Assembly: GCA_026002915.1 (NCBI GenBank)
Contig: BPGG01000001.1
Coordinates: 597,468-661,467 of the forward strand
Origin: Acidimicrobiales bacterium
GTDB lineage: Bacteria; Actinomycetota; Acidimicrobiia; Acidimicrobiales; BPGG01
Direction of reading: 5' to 3'
DNA length: 64,000 nucleotides
Shown here: positions 45,012-54,740 of the stretch, piece after piece
How positions within the stretch are numbered: position 1 is the first letter of the stretch
Layout of the letters: the number at the start of each line of letters is the position of its first letter
Program-made: the position numbers and the translations under genes
The notes under the pieces: generated by a model
Told to the model about the DNA's origin: nothing
Databases searched by the model: none
What the model saw: only the letters and a program-made list of their open reading frames with translations

Positions 45012-46154
45012 TCACAGCAGCGGGAGGACGTACTCCTCGTACACGTCCAACAGGCGCGACCCGTACGCGTCCCACGACCATCTCTCGGCGACCTCTCTCG
45101 CACTCGCAGTCGCGCCTCTGAGAGCGTCCGGATCGACGGCGAGCTTCTCGAGGACCGTGGCCAACGCCGCGGCATCGCCCGCAGGACACACCCAACCGGC
45201 TTCCGTACCGACCAGGACCTCTGCAGCCCCCACGTTGTCGCTCACGACCACGGGCCTCCCGGACGCGAGGGCCTCCAAGACCACCAGACCGAACGGCTCC
45301 TCGTAGGAAGGGAGCACCAAGACGGACGAAGCCGCGTAGACCTCGGCCATTCGCCGGTGCGGCACTTCGCCGAGGAAGCGCACCTCACCGGGGACTCCCG
45401 ACACCCATCGCGAAGTCCATCGGTCGGGTGTTCCCGTCACGAGGAGGTCGACCGGTCGCTCCAACAACTTCAACGCTCTCGCCAACGTGGCGAAGCCCTT
45501 CACGGGCCGTCGTCGGCCGGCGAAGAGGAGCGTCAGTCGCCTCGGGGGTTCACCGACGGGACGGAAGCGATCCAGGTCGCATCCCAGTGTCACGCCGACT
45601 ACCGGGGACTGCACTCCGCACTTGCGATACGTCGCGGCTGCCCACTCGGACGGGCACACCACCAGGTCTGCACGAGCCAGTTCGCGGTCGAACCGCCGCA
45701 GGTTCCAGGCTGCGGGGTTCTGCCACGTCACGCCGTCGCGCCGCAGCAGATCCGCAGTGCGTGTGGCACTCCAGGCGTGATGGGGCGACCTCGTGTCGCA
45801 CACCACGACCCCTCCCCTGCCGTGTACGACCCGTCCGGTGGCTTCGCCCAGCCCGAGCAGGTAGTGCAACACCTTCGAATCCCGTGCCCGCACGAGCAAC
45901 TCACAGTCGACCATGCGTGCCCGCAGCCAGTTGGCAGCCGGTGGCCACCTACGCGCAATCGTCCGACCGAGGGCGCGCACAGACAAACCCGTGTACAGCG
46001 ACTCCCACGGCTCTCCGTCCTCCTGCCCCCTACGTGCTCCCACGGTCAGGTACCTGTGCAACAAGCCGGCCCGGTGTAGTGCCGTGGCCGCATGGCGGTA
46101 GTAGGGCAGGTGAGCGACCAAGGTGACAGGAGGCCGATCCACGCTGCCGTTCAC
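45012..46154 (-). CDS. GT4-family glycosyltransferase
   Basis: 380-aa ORF with FAGRRRPVKGF and LPSYEEPFGLVVLEALASGRPVVVS. GTG start lies 1 nt after the upstream stop. Confidence 0.8.
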   Translation of the reverse strand: MNGSVDRPPVTLVAHLPYYRHAATALHRAGLLHRYLTVGARRGQEDGEPWESLYTGLSVRALGRTIARRWPPAANWLRARMVDCELLVRARDSKVLHYLLGLGEATGRVVHGRGGVVVCDTRSPHHAWSATRTADLLRRDGVTWQNPAAWNLRRFDRELARADLVVCPSEWAAATYRKCGVQSPVVGVTLGCDLDRFRPVGEPPRRLTLLFAGRRRPVKGFATLARALKLLERPVDLLVTGTPDRWTSRWVSGVPGEVRFLGEVPHRRMAEVYAASSVLVLPSYEEPFGLVVLEALASGRPVVVSDNVGAAEVLVGTEAGWVCPAGDAAALATVLEKLAVDPDALRGATASAREVAERWSWDAYGSRLLDVYEEYVLPLL

Positions 46155-46155
46155 C

Positions 46156-47121
46156 TCAAGACCTCTTGGGACGAATGCGGTATCCGAACAGCGGAAGGAG
46201 CGGGGCGGTTATGGCCGAGACGAGCCCCTTGGCACCGAACCCCATTGCACTCTCCCACTCCGTGTCGAGGCCGATCTTCAGCGGACCGCTCGCGAAACGC
46301 ACTCGCGGATTCGACTGGAGCACGTGCGCGTCGACAGAGGTCGGACGCACCTCGGTGAGACGCAGGTCTAGACCTTCCACCGCCACGCCCAACTCGAGCA
46401 GGATCCGCCGCAACGTCTCCTCGGGCCACGCCGCGAGATCCTCGTAACGCACGCGGACGACGCCGAGCTCGCGGCGCAGGGCGACGGCACCCGTGTTGAC
46501 GAACACCCAAGAGACGGCGGACTTCCAGGGAGCCATGGTCGGAAGCGGTTGGACTCCCTCGGGCGTCTGGACCTTTCTCTGCCAGGAGTGCGCGACCGCC
46601 CGAGGGTCGCGCACCAGGTGGACCAGACGGAGACGGACGGCACCGAGCCTGCTGTGGATCCAGGCCAGCACCGGAGACTTCGAGGAGTCGACGAGCATGT
46701 CCACACCGGCTGTCTCGGCCACCGCCCGGTAGAGCGCCTCGGCGGCCTCCCGATACCAGCTGCCCGCCCGACGCTCCAGTGTCTTGAGTGGGATACCTCC
46801 CATTGCGATCCTGAGGGGCGTCGCCGGACGGAGGATCTTCGAGTAGAGATCCCTCACTCGCTCAGCCGTGGCGTCGGAAAAGACGGCGGGCTCGCTACTC
46901 ACGACCGACCTCCAGAACTCGCATGTCCTGAAGTTCGCTCCGCAGCTGCACCGACGGTTCTCGAGGAAGCCTCGGACCCAAACCGCGGAGATCTCCCCCA
47001 CGGCGGCCCCGCCGCAGACGTCGGCGAGCATCTCTTGCAAAAGAGTCGAACCGCTCCGACCCGACCCTACGAGATACAAGACCTCCACTGCCGTCTCTCG
47101 GTGTCCGGATGCGCCCGTCAC
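46156..47121 (-). CDS. Sulfotransferase-family protein (PAPS-dependent type), paralog A
   Basis: Track ORF is 46156-47172. I use GTG 47121, which overlaps the upstream stop as GTGA. P-loop-like 5'-PSB motif LVGSGRSGSTLL, SSK block (VDSSKSP), 3'-PB-like LVRDPRAV, and a CSCG...C cysteine cluster. Confidence 0.7.
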   Translation of the reverse strand: MTGASGHRETAVEVLYLVGSGRSGSTLLQEMLADVCGGAAVGEISAVWVRGFLENRRCSCGANFRTCEFWRSVVSSEPAVFSDATAERVRDLYSKILRPATPLRIAMGGIPLKTLERRAGSWYREAAEALYRAVAETAGVDMLVDSSKSPVLAWIHSRLGAVRLRLVHLVRDPRAVAHSWQRKVQTPEGVQPLPTMAPWKSAVSWVFVNTGAVALRRELGVVRVRYEDLAAWPEETLRRILLELGVAVEGLDLRLTEVRPTSVDAHVLQSNPRVRFASGPLKIGLDTEWESAMGFGAKGLVSAITAPLLPLFGYRIRPKRS

Positions 47122-48608
47122 GTGCCGACGGTCGCCGGGACGGAGCTCTCCTCGTATCGGCTCACACGCCACGCAGCCGCGAGGGAGCCGACGAGGAAGC
47201 CGAAGTGGCCCGCCACCTGTCCGGCCAGGTGCCCTCTACCCGAAACCTCCAGCAGCACCACGATCACAGCAGCCAAGACCAGGGCGCGAGCCCCCGATGC
47301 GGTCTGTGCGAACCTGGACCAACAGAACTGCACGAGCGCACCGAACAGCACCATCCCGACCAGCACACCCACCACCCCGAAGTTCGCGTACATCTCGCCC
47401 CACGTAGCGAAGGAAGCACCCATCCTCGGGTCGAGCCAGTTGGACTGTAGTTGCTTGATCGTCCCCTCCGGTTTCTGGGCCCAGAGAGCTCTCGGGACGG
47501 GGAGCGTGACCAGATCGAGATAACTCCGCCCGTACAGGTGGTCCACCCGGGACGGGACGTTCCAGACGAGTCCCGCAGTTGCGGAGAAGACCCCGTCGCG
47601 CACCTGCCGGTCGAGGAAGGACGGGATGTCGATCACCTTGCCGCTCTGCTGTCCGCGCAGACCACCGATCGTCGCGAGGAACGCGAACGCGAAGGCCGCA
47701 CCCGCCACCAGGAGCGTCCGCGGCCTGCGTGACAGCATCCCCCCGGCGGTCTTCCACCACACGAAGCCCGCTGCCACCACAGGGACCATGAGCCTCGTGC
47801 GCGTCCCCTCCATGACCAGCGTCGCCGATCCCATCGCCAGAACCAGCCACGGGACGGCACTCCGCCTCCAACCCCACAGTGCGACTCGGTAGGCGACCAC
47901 CACCATCGCCACACCGGCCAGAGAGCCCAAGCTCTTGAAGTACTTCACCACCGGACCTTCCGCCAACTGGGCCAGTTCACCTCGCCGGCTCTCGCCGAAG
48001 ACGACGTTCACCGTCGCCAGGTCCACCCCTGCCAGGACCACGTAAACCGTCTGAAAGACCACACCGGCCAGCAGTAGACCGAGTGCCAGGCGGTCCAACC
48101 TCCTCCTGGGTGGCACCCGCACAGGCCGCGTGCGACCCGCGTGTCCCGTCACTGACCTCGAGGCGACGACTCCCGCCCACAGAGCCGCCTGAGCTGCAGT
48201 CGAGAGCCGCAGCGCTCCAACCATGCCCTCCGAGAAGTCGAATACCCCGAGGGTCACCTCCCCGTCCACGAATGCGACGGTCGCCCCTGCGATCACGTTG
48301 AAGAGGTAGAGCACCTGCAGAGCCAAGAACGCCAACGGTGGGTCGCGCCGGGTCAGACCCCAAAGCGTGGCCGCCGTCCAGGTGAACACGAGCGCTGCGA
48401 ACCAGAAGGTCTTCGCGTCGACAGGAGCAGCGACCAAGATTCCGAGCACACAGCCGACGACTGCCACCGCGACAGCGGCCCACCAGCCCGTCCACAAGAG
48501 GAACCGTCCTCTGGCCACCAGACGACGCGGAGGCGCGAAACCCTCGACGGATGCCCCTGTCGGTTGCACCGGAGGTACAGTCTCACAGGTATTCGATCTG
48601 TTGGACAA
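47118..48608 (-). CDS. wzy: Polytopic membrane protein, probable repeat-unit polymerase (Wzy-like)
   Basis: 496-aa ORF (TTG start, uncertain). About 10 or more hydrophobic helices with one larger loop. No sequence motif I can name; the call rests on topology and position in a Wzx/BY-kinase locus. Confidence 0.5.
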   Translation of the reverse strand: MSNRSNTCETVPPVQPTGASVEGFAPPRRLVARGRFLLWTGWWAAVAVAVVGCVLGILVAAPVDAKTFWFAALVFTWTAATLWGLTRRDPPLAFLALQVLYLFNVIAGATVAFVDGEVTLGVFDFSEGMVGALRLSTAAQAALWAGVVASRSVTGHAGRTRPVRVPPRRRLDRLALGLLLAGVVFQTVYVVLAGVDLATVNVVFGESRRGELAQLAEGPVVKYFKSLGSLAGVAMVVVAYRVALWGWRRSAVPWLVLAMGSATLVMEGTRTRLMVPVVAAGFVWWKTAGGMLSRRPRTLLVAGAAFAFAFLATIGGLRGQQSGKVIDIPSFLDRQVRDGVFSATAGLVWNVPSRVDHLYGRSYLDLVTLPVPRALWAQKPEGTIKQLQSNWLDPRMGASFATWGEMYANFGVVGVLVGMVLFGALVQFCWSRFAQTASGARALVLAAVIVVLLEVSGRGHLAGQVAGHFGFLVGSLAAAWRVSRYEESSVPATVGT

Positions 48609-48728
48609 TCCCCCGCCGCGTCAGTCTTCGCTCCCTCCCCCATCCACCTTCCACCTTCCCACTCTCGTGAACATCTCCTTCGCGGGTGGCATATGGGGCT
48701 CGCAAGCCCGACCTGACAACATGGATCG

Positions 48729-49730
48729 GTGACCCGTCGCACCCAAGACACTCCGATCCACCTCGACCGCTCCCCCGCACGCGTGGTCTACATACTCTCC
48801 ACCGGCCGCAGTGGATCGACACTCCTGGATCTGCTACTGAACACCCACCCCGACGTCGTGTCGTTCGGGGAGATCCAGCTGGTCCCCTTCCTGGTCGAGG
48901 GGGTCGACCCCGTGTGCGGATGCGGGGAACGGCTGGACGCTTGTCAATTCTGGAAGGACCTCCTGTCCGAGCCGGCGGTCGTCGACGAGGACCGCACCCT
49001 GCGGCTCTTCCGCGAGAGTCGCGGCGCCGGCCGAGTGCTCCGTCCCCGTCTTCTTCCTGGGCTACTGCTCGGAAGGCCGCTGCCCATACTCGGACCTTCA
49101 CGCCGCGTCCTGGAGCGCTATGTGGAGCGGAACCTCCGACTCTTCTCGTTGCTCCGAGAGCGCTCGACTCGTGTCGGCTTGACGCAGGGGCGAAACCCGT
49201 GGATGGTCGACTCGTCGAAAGACCCGTACCGCCTTCTCCTGTTGGCCCGACACGAAGCGTTCGACGTCCGGGTCATCCACCTGGTGAAGGACCCGCGGGC
49301 CTACGTCTTCTCGACCACACGTCCTGACGAGAAGCACCCACACCGCCGTGTGGTCCGGATGGCGGGACGGTGGCTGGTCCAAAACTCGATGTTCTCCCGC
49401 GTGCTACGTGCTGCCGTGGATTCGCAAAAAATGCTCTTCCTCCGATACGAGGACCTCGCCACGAACGCCTCAGAGGAGCTCGGGAGGATAGCCCGCTTCT
49501 TGGAAATCGATGCGGAGCTTTTCGACCTGGAGGGGTTCAGACGCCACGTGAACCATGCCATCGCGGGAAACCCGATGCGCTGGAGGTCGGATGCCATCCG
49601 GCTCGACGACAGATGGGTGACGGGACTAGCGCCGAGTCTCCGCCGCCTCACCTGGGCGCTGACCGGATCGCTCGCCCGTCGTTTCGGTTACCCCGCCGGA
49701 TCGGACCGCCAAGGAAATTCCGAACATTGA
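48729..49730 (+). CDS. Sulfotransferase-family protein, paralog B
   Basis: 333-aa ORF. ILSTGRSGSTLL, VDSSKDP, LVKDPRAY, CGCG...C. Colinear with paralog A, including the shared LRYEDLA block. Confidence 0.7.
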   Translation: MTRRTQDTPIHLDRSPARVVYILSTGRSGSTLLDLLLNTHPDVVSFGEIQLVPFLVEGVDPVCGCGERLDACQFWKDLLSEPAVVDEDRTLRLFRESRGAGRVLRPRLLPGLLLGRPLPILGPSRRVLERYVERNLRLFSLLRERSTRVGLTQGRNPWMVDSSKDPYRLLLLARHEAFDVRVIHLVKDPRAYVFSTTRPDEKHPHRRVVRMAGRWLVQNSMFSRVLRAAVDSQKMLFLRYEDLATNASEELGRIARFLEIDAELFDLEGFRRHVNHAIAGNPMRWRSDAIRLDDRWVTGLAPSLRRLTWALTGSLARRFGYPAGSDRQGNSEH

Positions 49731-49745
49731 CGCCCACGCGAAAAC

Positions 49746-49770
49746 GGGAGGTGGCCGATGACCACCTCCC
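49746..49770. terminator. Perfect 9-bp stem, 7-nt loop hairpin between convergent genes (candidate bidirectional intrinsic terminator)
   Basis: gggaggtgg-ccgatga-ccacctccc, read directly. It lies 16 nt after the stop at 49730 and 69 nt before the convergent stop at 49839. No U-tract. Confidence 0.45.
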
Positions 49771-49838
49771 GTCGACTGTGGGCCTCTCGGACCCTCAGAT
49801 GTCCGGCCTCAAGCCGCCGGACGGACCCCCTGTGGGCG

Positions 49839-52754
49839 TCAAGGATCGAGAGAGGCGTTCACGGTGGCAGTTCCGCCCTCGGACACGACGACTACCGTGG
49901 CGATCTTCCCTGTCATGTCGAAGACGTCGCCCTTCAGGTCCTCGTGCCACTCGTCCTGATGGGTGCTGGAGCGGAACCAGACCTTGTAGTTGCCCGGTAG
50001 CAAGCCGCCGATCGAGTAGGTACCCGAGGCCGATGTGGTCCCGTTGACCTGCCAGCGACCAGTGTCGGCGTTGTACACACGCACCTCCACCCCGCCCAGC
50101 GGGTTACCACTACCGGTCTCGGTCACCGTTCCCTGAATGGTTCCGGCTCCAGTGTGGACGGTGAAGTCCACCGTGACCGTGTCGTTGACATCGACGAGCA
50201 GAGTCTGCGCGCTCGACCCGGACGATGCGTTGTCGAACCACTCGGGAAGCGCGGCGGGTCCTGTGTACCTCACCTTGTAGGTGGCCTTCGGTGTGAGGCC
50301 GCTGAAGGTGTAGGTACCGCCGACACCGGTGGTGGCGGTGGCCACCCATCCGTTCTCGTCGTACAGGTTCAGCTTCTGACCAGACAACGGGTTGCCGGAC
50401 CCGTCCACCACCGTCCCGGTGATGGTGCCGGCCTCAGTCGCCAGGTGGAGGTTCGCATCCACCACGCTGGAGGGAGCGGTGATCTTCTTGGCCGCCGCTC
50501 CGTTGGCGGCCTCGTCGTACCAGAACTGCAGGTTCGGCGGTCCGCCCGCATGCGAGGTCCTGAAGAAGACCTTGTAATCGGACTTCCCGTCCGTGAGACC
50601 TGTGAACTGGTACTCGCCGTTCGAGTCGGTGGTGGTCCTGGCGAGGAAACCGCTCGAGTCGTACAGCCTCACCTGGACGTTCGCCAACTCTCGTGGGGTG
50701 CACGTAGAGCACTGGACACGTCCTCGGATCACACCGGAGTCAGTCTGTCGGACATCGACGGCGCTGAGGGCAGTGTCGCATGCACCGTCGTCGTCACAGA
50801 CCTGCAGCCGGAAGACGAGCGTGTCGTCGACCCCCGTGGGTGCGGTGAAGGTGGTCTGCTTGGAGTTGGGAGTCGACAACGTCACGGGCGTCCCGCCGAC
50901 CTGAGTCCAGGTGTAGGTGCGCTGCGGTTCGGGGTCGCCCGGATCGGTCGACGACCCGCGCAGCGTCACGGTCTGGCCTTCATTCGCCAGTTGGAAACCG
51001 TCGGTCATGGCGGTCGGCGGGACGTTGGAGACGTTGATCGTCACCGTAGCCGTATCCGACTGAGTCTGGCTGGCCGGACCCAGGTAAGCCTCGACCGTGC
51101 GCGTGAACACGTGCGTGTTCCCACCCGCCGGGGCGTCTTGGGCCACGAACCGGCAGGTGTCCGTCGCACAGTCTCCGGCGATCGCCACCGGAGCAGGCGC
51201 GGTGCCACCAGTCCTCTGGAAAGTGTTCACGGTGAACGGCCGGAAGGCAGGGTCGTACGCCTTGCGACCGCTGAGGTCGACCACGTCACCCTCGTTCACG
51301 TTCAGCGTGCCGTCACCCTTGTGGTCGGATCCCAGCGACGAAGACCACGCGGGCACCGGCGGCCAAGGACCCGACGGGGTGTTCTCCGTCGTGAGGATCA
51401 ACTCGACCTCCGTGTTGTCGGCACCGTTGTTGGTGTCGACCACGTCGCCCGCGCCGGTGCACGATGGATGCGGGCTACCGGCACCCGTGCAGACGGTGTC
51501 CGCGAAGAGGGTGTCGTTGATCACATCGCACATGTTCGGCGCGACGCTCGGATTACCACCGATGATGCCCGAACCCGGGTACACCTCGGTGAAGGGATCC
51601 ACGTGGATCTGGTCTTGGACCACCTTGAAGTTCTGGGCGAACGTGTCGTAACGCTCACCTGTGAGATTGCCCGAGTTGGAGTCCTCGCTGGTGAGCGTGG
51701 CCACGACGTCGGTCGAGCACTCCGCAGCGTTCGCCACTGCGCCGAACACGTCGTTCGACCAGAACGTCATCGCCATGCGCAGGAGGATCGTCATGTCGAA
51801 CGTGACGGTCCCGGTGCCGTCGGCGTTCACGGTTCCGGATACGTCGGCGTTCGGGACGAGAGAGAACTCGATGTAGTAGTTGACGCAAGCCGTAACGCCT
51901 GCGTCATTCGTGACGCACTGTCCCTGGCCGAGGTACCCGCGCGGGAACTGGACGTTCGCCTGCGGGACGCTCACCGAAGATCCCGCGACGGTACCGCCGG
52001 TCGCGGCGCCGATCACCTTTGGTTGCCCGGCAGCCGCTAGAGGAGGCTTGATGCCGGGGGACTGGTAGGCGCGCGTCTCGGTCGGATCGGACCGGAAGAA
52101 GCCGTTCCCGAACGCGTTGGATGCAGCAGTGGGAATCCCGTTGCCCGCTCCTGTGCACTCCGGATGGGGGGTACCGGTGCCCGTGCAGACGGCGTCGAAG
52201 CGGAACGCGTCGTCCTTCGAGCAGCCCGGCGGACGTGCCGTGTTCGTCCCTCCGAAGGGGTTCTCGTCACAACCCGCGGGCGCGCCCGGGTTCGGCCTGG
52301 GGTTGGGGATGATGATCCTCCGGTCGAAGAGTTCGAGGTCGTCGTTCGCGTCTATGCAACCCGTCGACCAGTTCTCCGCTCCGGTGCCCACACCACCGGT
52401 CGGCGAGAAGTCGACCAAGCCGTCCGCAGCCGGCACAGGCGGATAGAAAGACGGCGGCGTTGCGCCGTTGTGATAGCCGTGGAAAGCCCCGGCTTCGTTG
52501 TCGATGCCGTCCGAGCACTCGGGCGGCTGGTCGGGGTGGCCGATCGCCTGGTCCACCGGTTCGTCAGAGTCTCCCAAGGCGAAACGCCCGCCCAAGACGG
52601 CGAAGCTCACCGACCCGTCGGGGATCTTCCCCTGATCGTCGCGAGGTGCAGACGCAGCCGAAGCCGGTGCCACCGAGTACGGCCCTACGCTCCCGAACAC
52701 GAACAGCAGGCCGAAGACCAACCTTGCAAGACGTCGCCTCGAACTCGAACTCAT
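49839..52754 (-). CDS. Large secreted protein: unknown ~650-aa N-terminal region, PKD-like domain and three C-terminal CarboxypepD_reg/Cna-B-like beta-sandwich repeats
   Basis: Track ORF is 49839-52955. Start is ATG 52754 (MSSSSRRRLARLVFGLLFVFGSVGPYSVAPASA = signal peptide) after GGGGGGAG. C-terminus has three repeats of G-x-I-x-G-x-V...V-x-L-Y...T-x-x-x-G-x-Y-x-F-x-G-L. A PKD-like segment (TYTWTQVGGTPVTLS). Confidence 0.7.
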   Translation of the reverse strand: MSSSSRRRLARLVFGLLFVFGSVGPYSVAPASAASAPRDDQGKIPDGSVSFAVLGGRFALGDSDEPVDQAIGHPDQPPECSDGIDNEAGAFHGYHNGATPPSFYPPVPAADGLVDFSPTGGVGTGAENWSTGCIDANDDLELFDRRIIIPNPRPNPGAPAGCDENPFGGTNTARPPGCSKDDAFRFDAVCTGTGTPHPECTGAGNGIPTAASNAFGNGFFRSDPTETRAYQSPGIKPPLAAAGQPKVIGAATGGTVAGSSVSVPQANVQFPRGYLGQGQCVTNDAGVTACVNYYIEFSLVPNADVSGTVNADGTGTVTFDMTILLRMAMTFWSNDVFGAVANAAECSTDVVATLTSEDSNSGNLTGERYDTFAQNFKVVQDQIHVDPFTEVYPGSGIIGGNPSVAPNMCDVINDTLFADTVCTGAGSPHPSCTGAGDVVDTNNGADNTEVELILTTENTPSGPWPPVPAWSSSLGSDHKGDGTLNVNEGDVVDLSGRKAYDPAFRPFTVNTFQRTGGTAPAPVAIAGDCATDTCRFVAQDAPAGGNTHVFTRTVEAYLGPASQTQSDTATVTINVSNVPPTAMTDGFQLANEGQTVTLRGSSTDPGDPEPQRTYTWTQVGGTPVTLSTPNSKQTTFTAPTGVDDTLVFRLQVCDDDGACDTALSAVDVRQTDSGVIRGRVQCSTCTPRELANVQVRLYDSSGFLARTTTDSNGEYQFTGLTDGKSDYKVFFRTSHAGGPPNLQFWYDEAANGAAAKKITAPSSVVDANLHLATEAGTITGTVVDGSGNPLSGQKLNLYDENGWVATATTGVGGTYTFSGLTPKATYKVRYTGPAALPEWFDNASSGSSAQTLLVDVNDTVTVDFTVHTGAGTIQGTVTETGSGNPLGGVEVRVYNADTGRWQVNGTTSASGTYSIGGLLPGNYKVWFRSSTHQDEWHEDLKGDVFDMTGKIATVVVVSEGGTATVNASLDP

Positions 52755-52943
52755 GCTCCCCCCTGAGGGCCTAGTACCGCCTGAGACCTGTGCGCGCCGA
52801 ACATTACAAAACCGCCCACGCCCGCGTCCACTACCGACCGACGCCCTCCCTGGTCGGAAGGATTCGTCGGGTGACGCATGACTTTCGCAGGAATCGACAC
52901 GGCATGTTTCGCAGCAAGCCACACGGCGTGCAATTCTCGCGGC

Positions 52944-53531
52944 GTGGGACCACACCTCCGTCTTGGCGGGACCCGGAGACTGATCGGAGTCGCCCTCGCG
53001 GTCGTGTGCCTCGCGGCTGCATGCTCACGAGACGAGGGAGCCGCCGTCGGACGGAAAACAACCCCTACCGACACAGACGCCCCCGGGTCGGCGGAACATC
53101 AGCCCGGGCGGTGGCCCGGATCTCCGGCTCCCTGCGACCTGTTGCCGTCTGAAGACGTCGAGGCGGTGACAGGGTTCGCAGTGGCCTTGGTGGAGGTGTC
53201 CTCCCGCGCCTTCGACGGGAGGACGCTCGCCGCCTGCTTGGCTCACAAACCCGAGAGTGGCGTCGAGGCGGGGCAGCTCACGCTCACGCTCAACCCGCCC
53301 GGTTGGCGCTTCGGACCGGAAAGAGAGCTATTCGCCTCGCTCGAGGAACTGGACGGTGTGGGCAGACGGGCATGGATTGGTCGCACGGCAGACCGGACGG
53401 CTCCGGGGCCGAACTTCGTCACCGTGGACATGGGAAGGGGAGGGTTCACGATCGCCGCGCTCGTGGCGACCGGGGTCGATGAGGAGGATCTGACGCGGCT
53501 GGCCCGGGCCGCAGCGGCTAGATGGGAATGA
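52944..53531 (+). CDS. Small lipoprotein (DUF3558-like pattern)
   Basis: Track ORF is 52878-53531. I prefer GTG 52944 (VGPHLRLGGTRRLIGVALAVVCLAAACS, lipobox LAAAC). The PAPCDLLPSEDVEAV segment resembles the PC-x-LL block of actinobacterial DUF3558 lipoproteins, recalled from memory. Confidence 0.5.
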   Translation: MGPHLRLGGTRRLIGVALAVVCLAAACSRDEGAAVGRKTTPTDTDAPGSAEHQPGRWPGSPAPCDLLPSEDVEAVTGFAVALVEVSSRAFDGRTLAACLAHKPESGVEAGQLTLTLNPPGWRFGPERELFASLEELDGVGRRAWIGRTADRTAPGPNFVTVDMGRGGFTIAALVATGVDEEDLTRLARAAAARWE

Positions 53532-54652
53532 AGCACGTCGAGTGGCGCGTTCGGCTCGCCGAGCCGCTTCTCGGACAGGAGGAGCTCGAGGCAATCGGCC
53601 GCGTCTTCTCCTCCGGGCGTCTCACGGCGGGACCGTGGACCGAACGGTTCGAGGAGCAGTTCGCCCGACTGCACGAGGTGCCACATGCGGTGGCGCTCTC
53701 CAGCGGAACCACGGCACTGGCAGCGATCATGACGGCGCTGGAGATCGGCCCCGGCGACGAGGTGGTGGTTCCTTCGATGACGTTCGTGTCGACCGCAACC
53801 TCCGTCTTGCACGTGGGAGCGACGCCCGTCTTCGCGGACGTCAGACCGGACATCTTCACCATCGACCCGAGCGACGTGGAACGTCGTCTGACGCCGAGGA
53901 CGAAGGCGGTGATAGCCGTGCACTACGGCGGGCAGCCAGCGGACTTGGACGAGCTGCTCGCCCTCTGCGAAGACGCCGGGATCCACCTGATCGAGGATGC
54001 CGCCGAGGCCCACGGTGCGACGTACAAGGGCCGTCGTGTCGGGTCGTTCGGGGTGGCCGCGATGTTCTCGTTCACGCCGACCAAGAACTTCACGACGGGC
54101 GAAGGCGGGATGGTCACGACGCGGGATGCCACGCTGGCCGCGAAGTTGAGAGCACTGAGGAACCACGGCCAGACAGACCTATACGTGCACGAGAGCCTCG
54201 GCTACAACTGGCGGATTACCGAGATGCAGGCGGCGATAGGCACTGTTCAGCTCAGCCGCTTCGACGCGGTGATCGCGAAGAAGCGGCGAGTGGCGGCAAA
54301 GCTGAGCGAGCTCCTCTATGGGATCGACGGGGTGAGGCCGCCGGTGGAGCTACCCGACAGGATGCACGTCTGGATGTTGTACACGATTCTCGCAGAAGAT
54401 CGTGACGCGCTCGCCGAGCACATGAGAGCACGAGGGATCGAGACTCGCCTGTACTTTCCGCCGGCCCACCGTCAACCGATCTTCGAGGACGTCGACGTCG
54501 AGCTCCCGGTCACCGACGAACTCGCAGCAACCATGCTCTCCCTCCCCGCTCACACACGAATGTCGGACGAAGACGTCGAGTGCGTCGCCGGCGAGGTCCG
54601 AGATTTCTACTGCGCCCGAGGCCACGATCACCAGGCGCGACCCGCCACCTGA
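53522..54652 (+). CDS. DegT/DnrJ/EryC1/StrS-family PLP-dependent sugar aminotransferase
   Basis: 376-aa ORF with SSGTTAL, DAAEAHGA and the PLP-lysine block FSFTPTKNFTTGEGGMV. Confidence 0.9.
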   Translation: MGMKHVEWRVRLAEPLLGQEELEAIGRVFSSGRLTAGPWTERFEEQFARLHEVPHAVALSSGTTALAAIMTALEIGPGDEVVVPSMTFVSTATSVLHVGATPVFADVRPDIFTIDPSDVERRLTPRTKAVIAVHYGGQPADLDELLALCEDAGIHLIEDAAEAHGATYKGRRVGSFGVAAMFSFTPTKNFTTGEGGMVTTRDATLAAKLRALRNHGQTDLYVHESLGYNWRITEMQAAIGTVQLSRFDAVIAKKRRVAAKLSELLYGIDGVRPPVELPDRMHVWMLYTILAEDRDALAEHMRARGIETRLYFPPAHRQPIFEDVDVELPVTDELAATMLSLPAHTRMSDEDVECVAGEVRDFYCARGHDHQARPAT

Positions 54653-54740
54653 TCTCCTGGTCCCCACCGAGTGTCTGCCCTCGCGGGTCGACGGTCCTCT
54701 CTGCCGAGCGTCGTCCGGCCCGGGCAGACCGTGGGAAGCC

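Noticed and set aside
50154-52040. 628-aa plus-strand ORF
   Set aside because: It is antisense to the large secreted protein, whose repeat and domain structure is clear on the minus strand.
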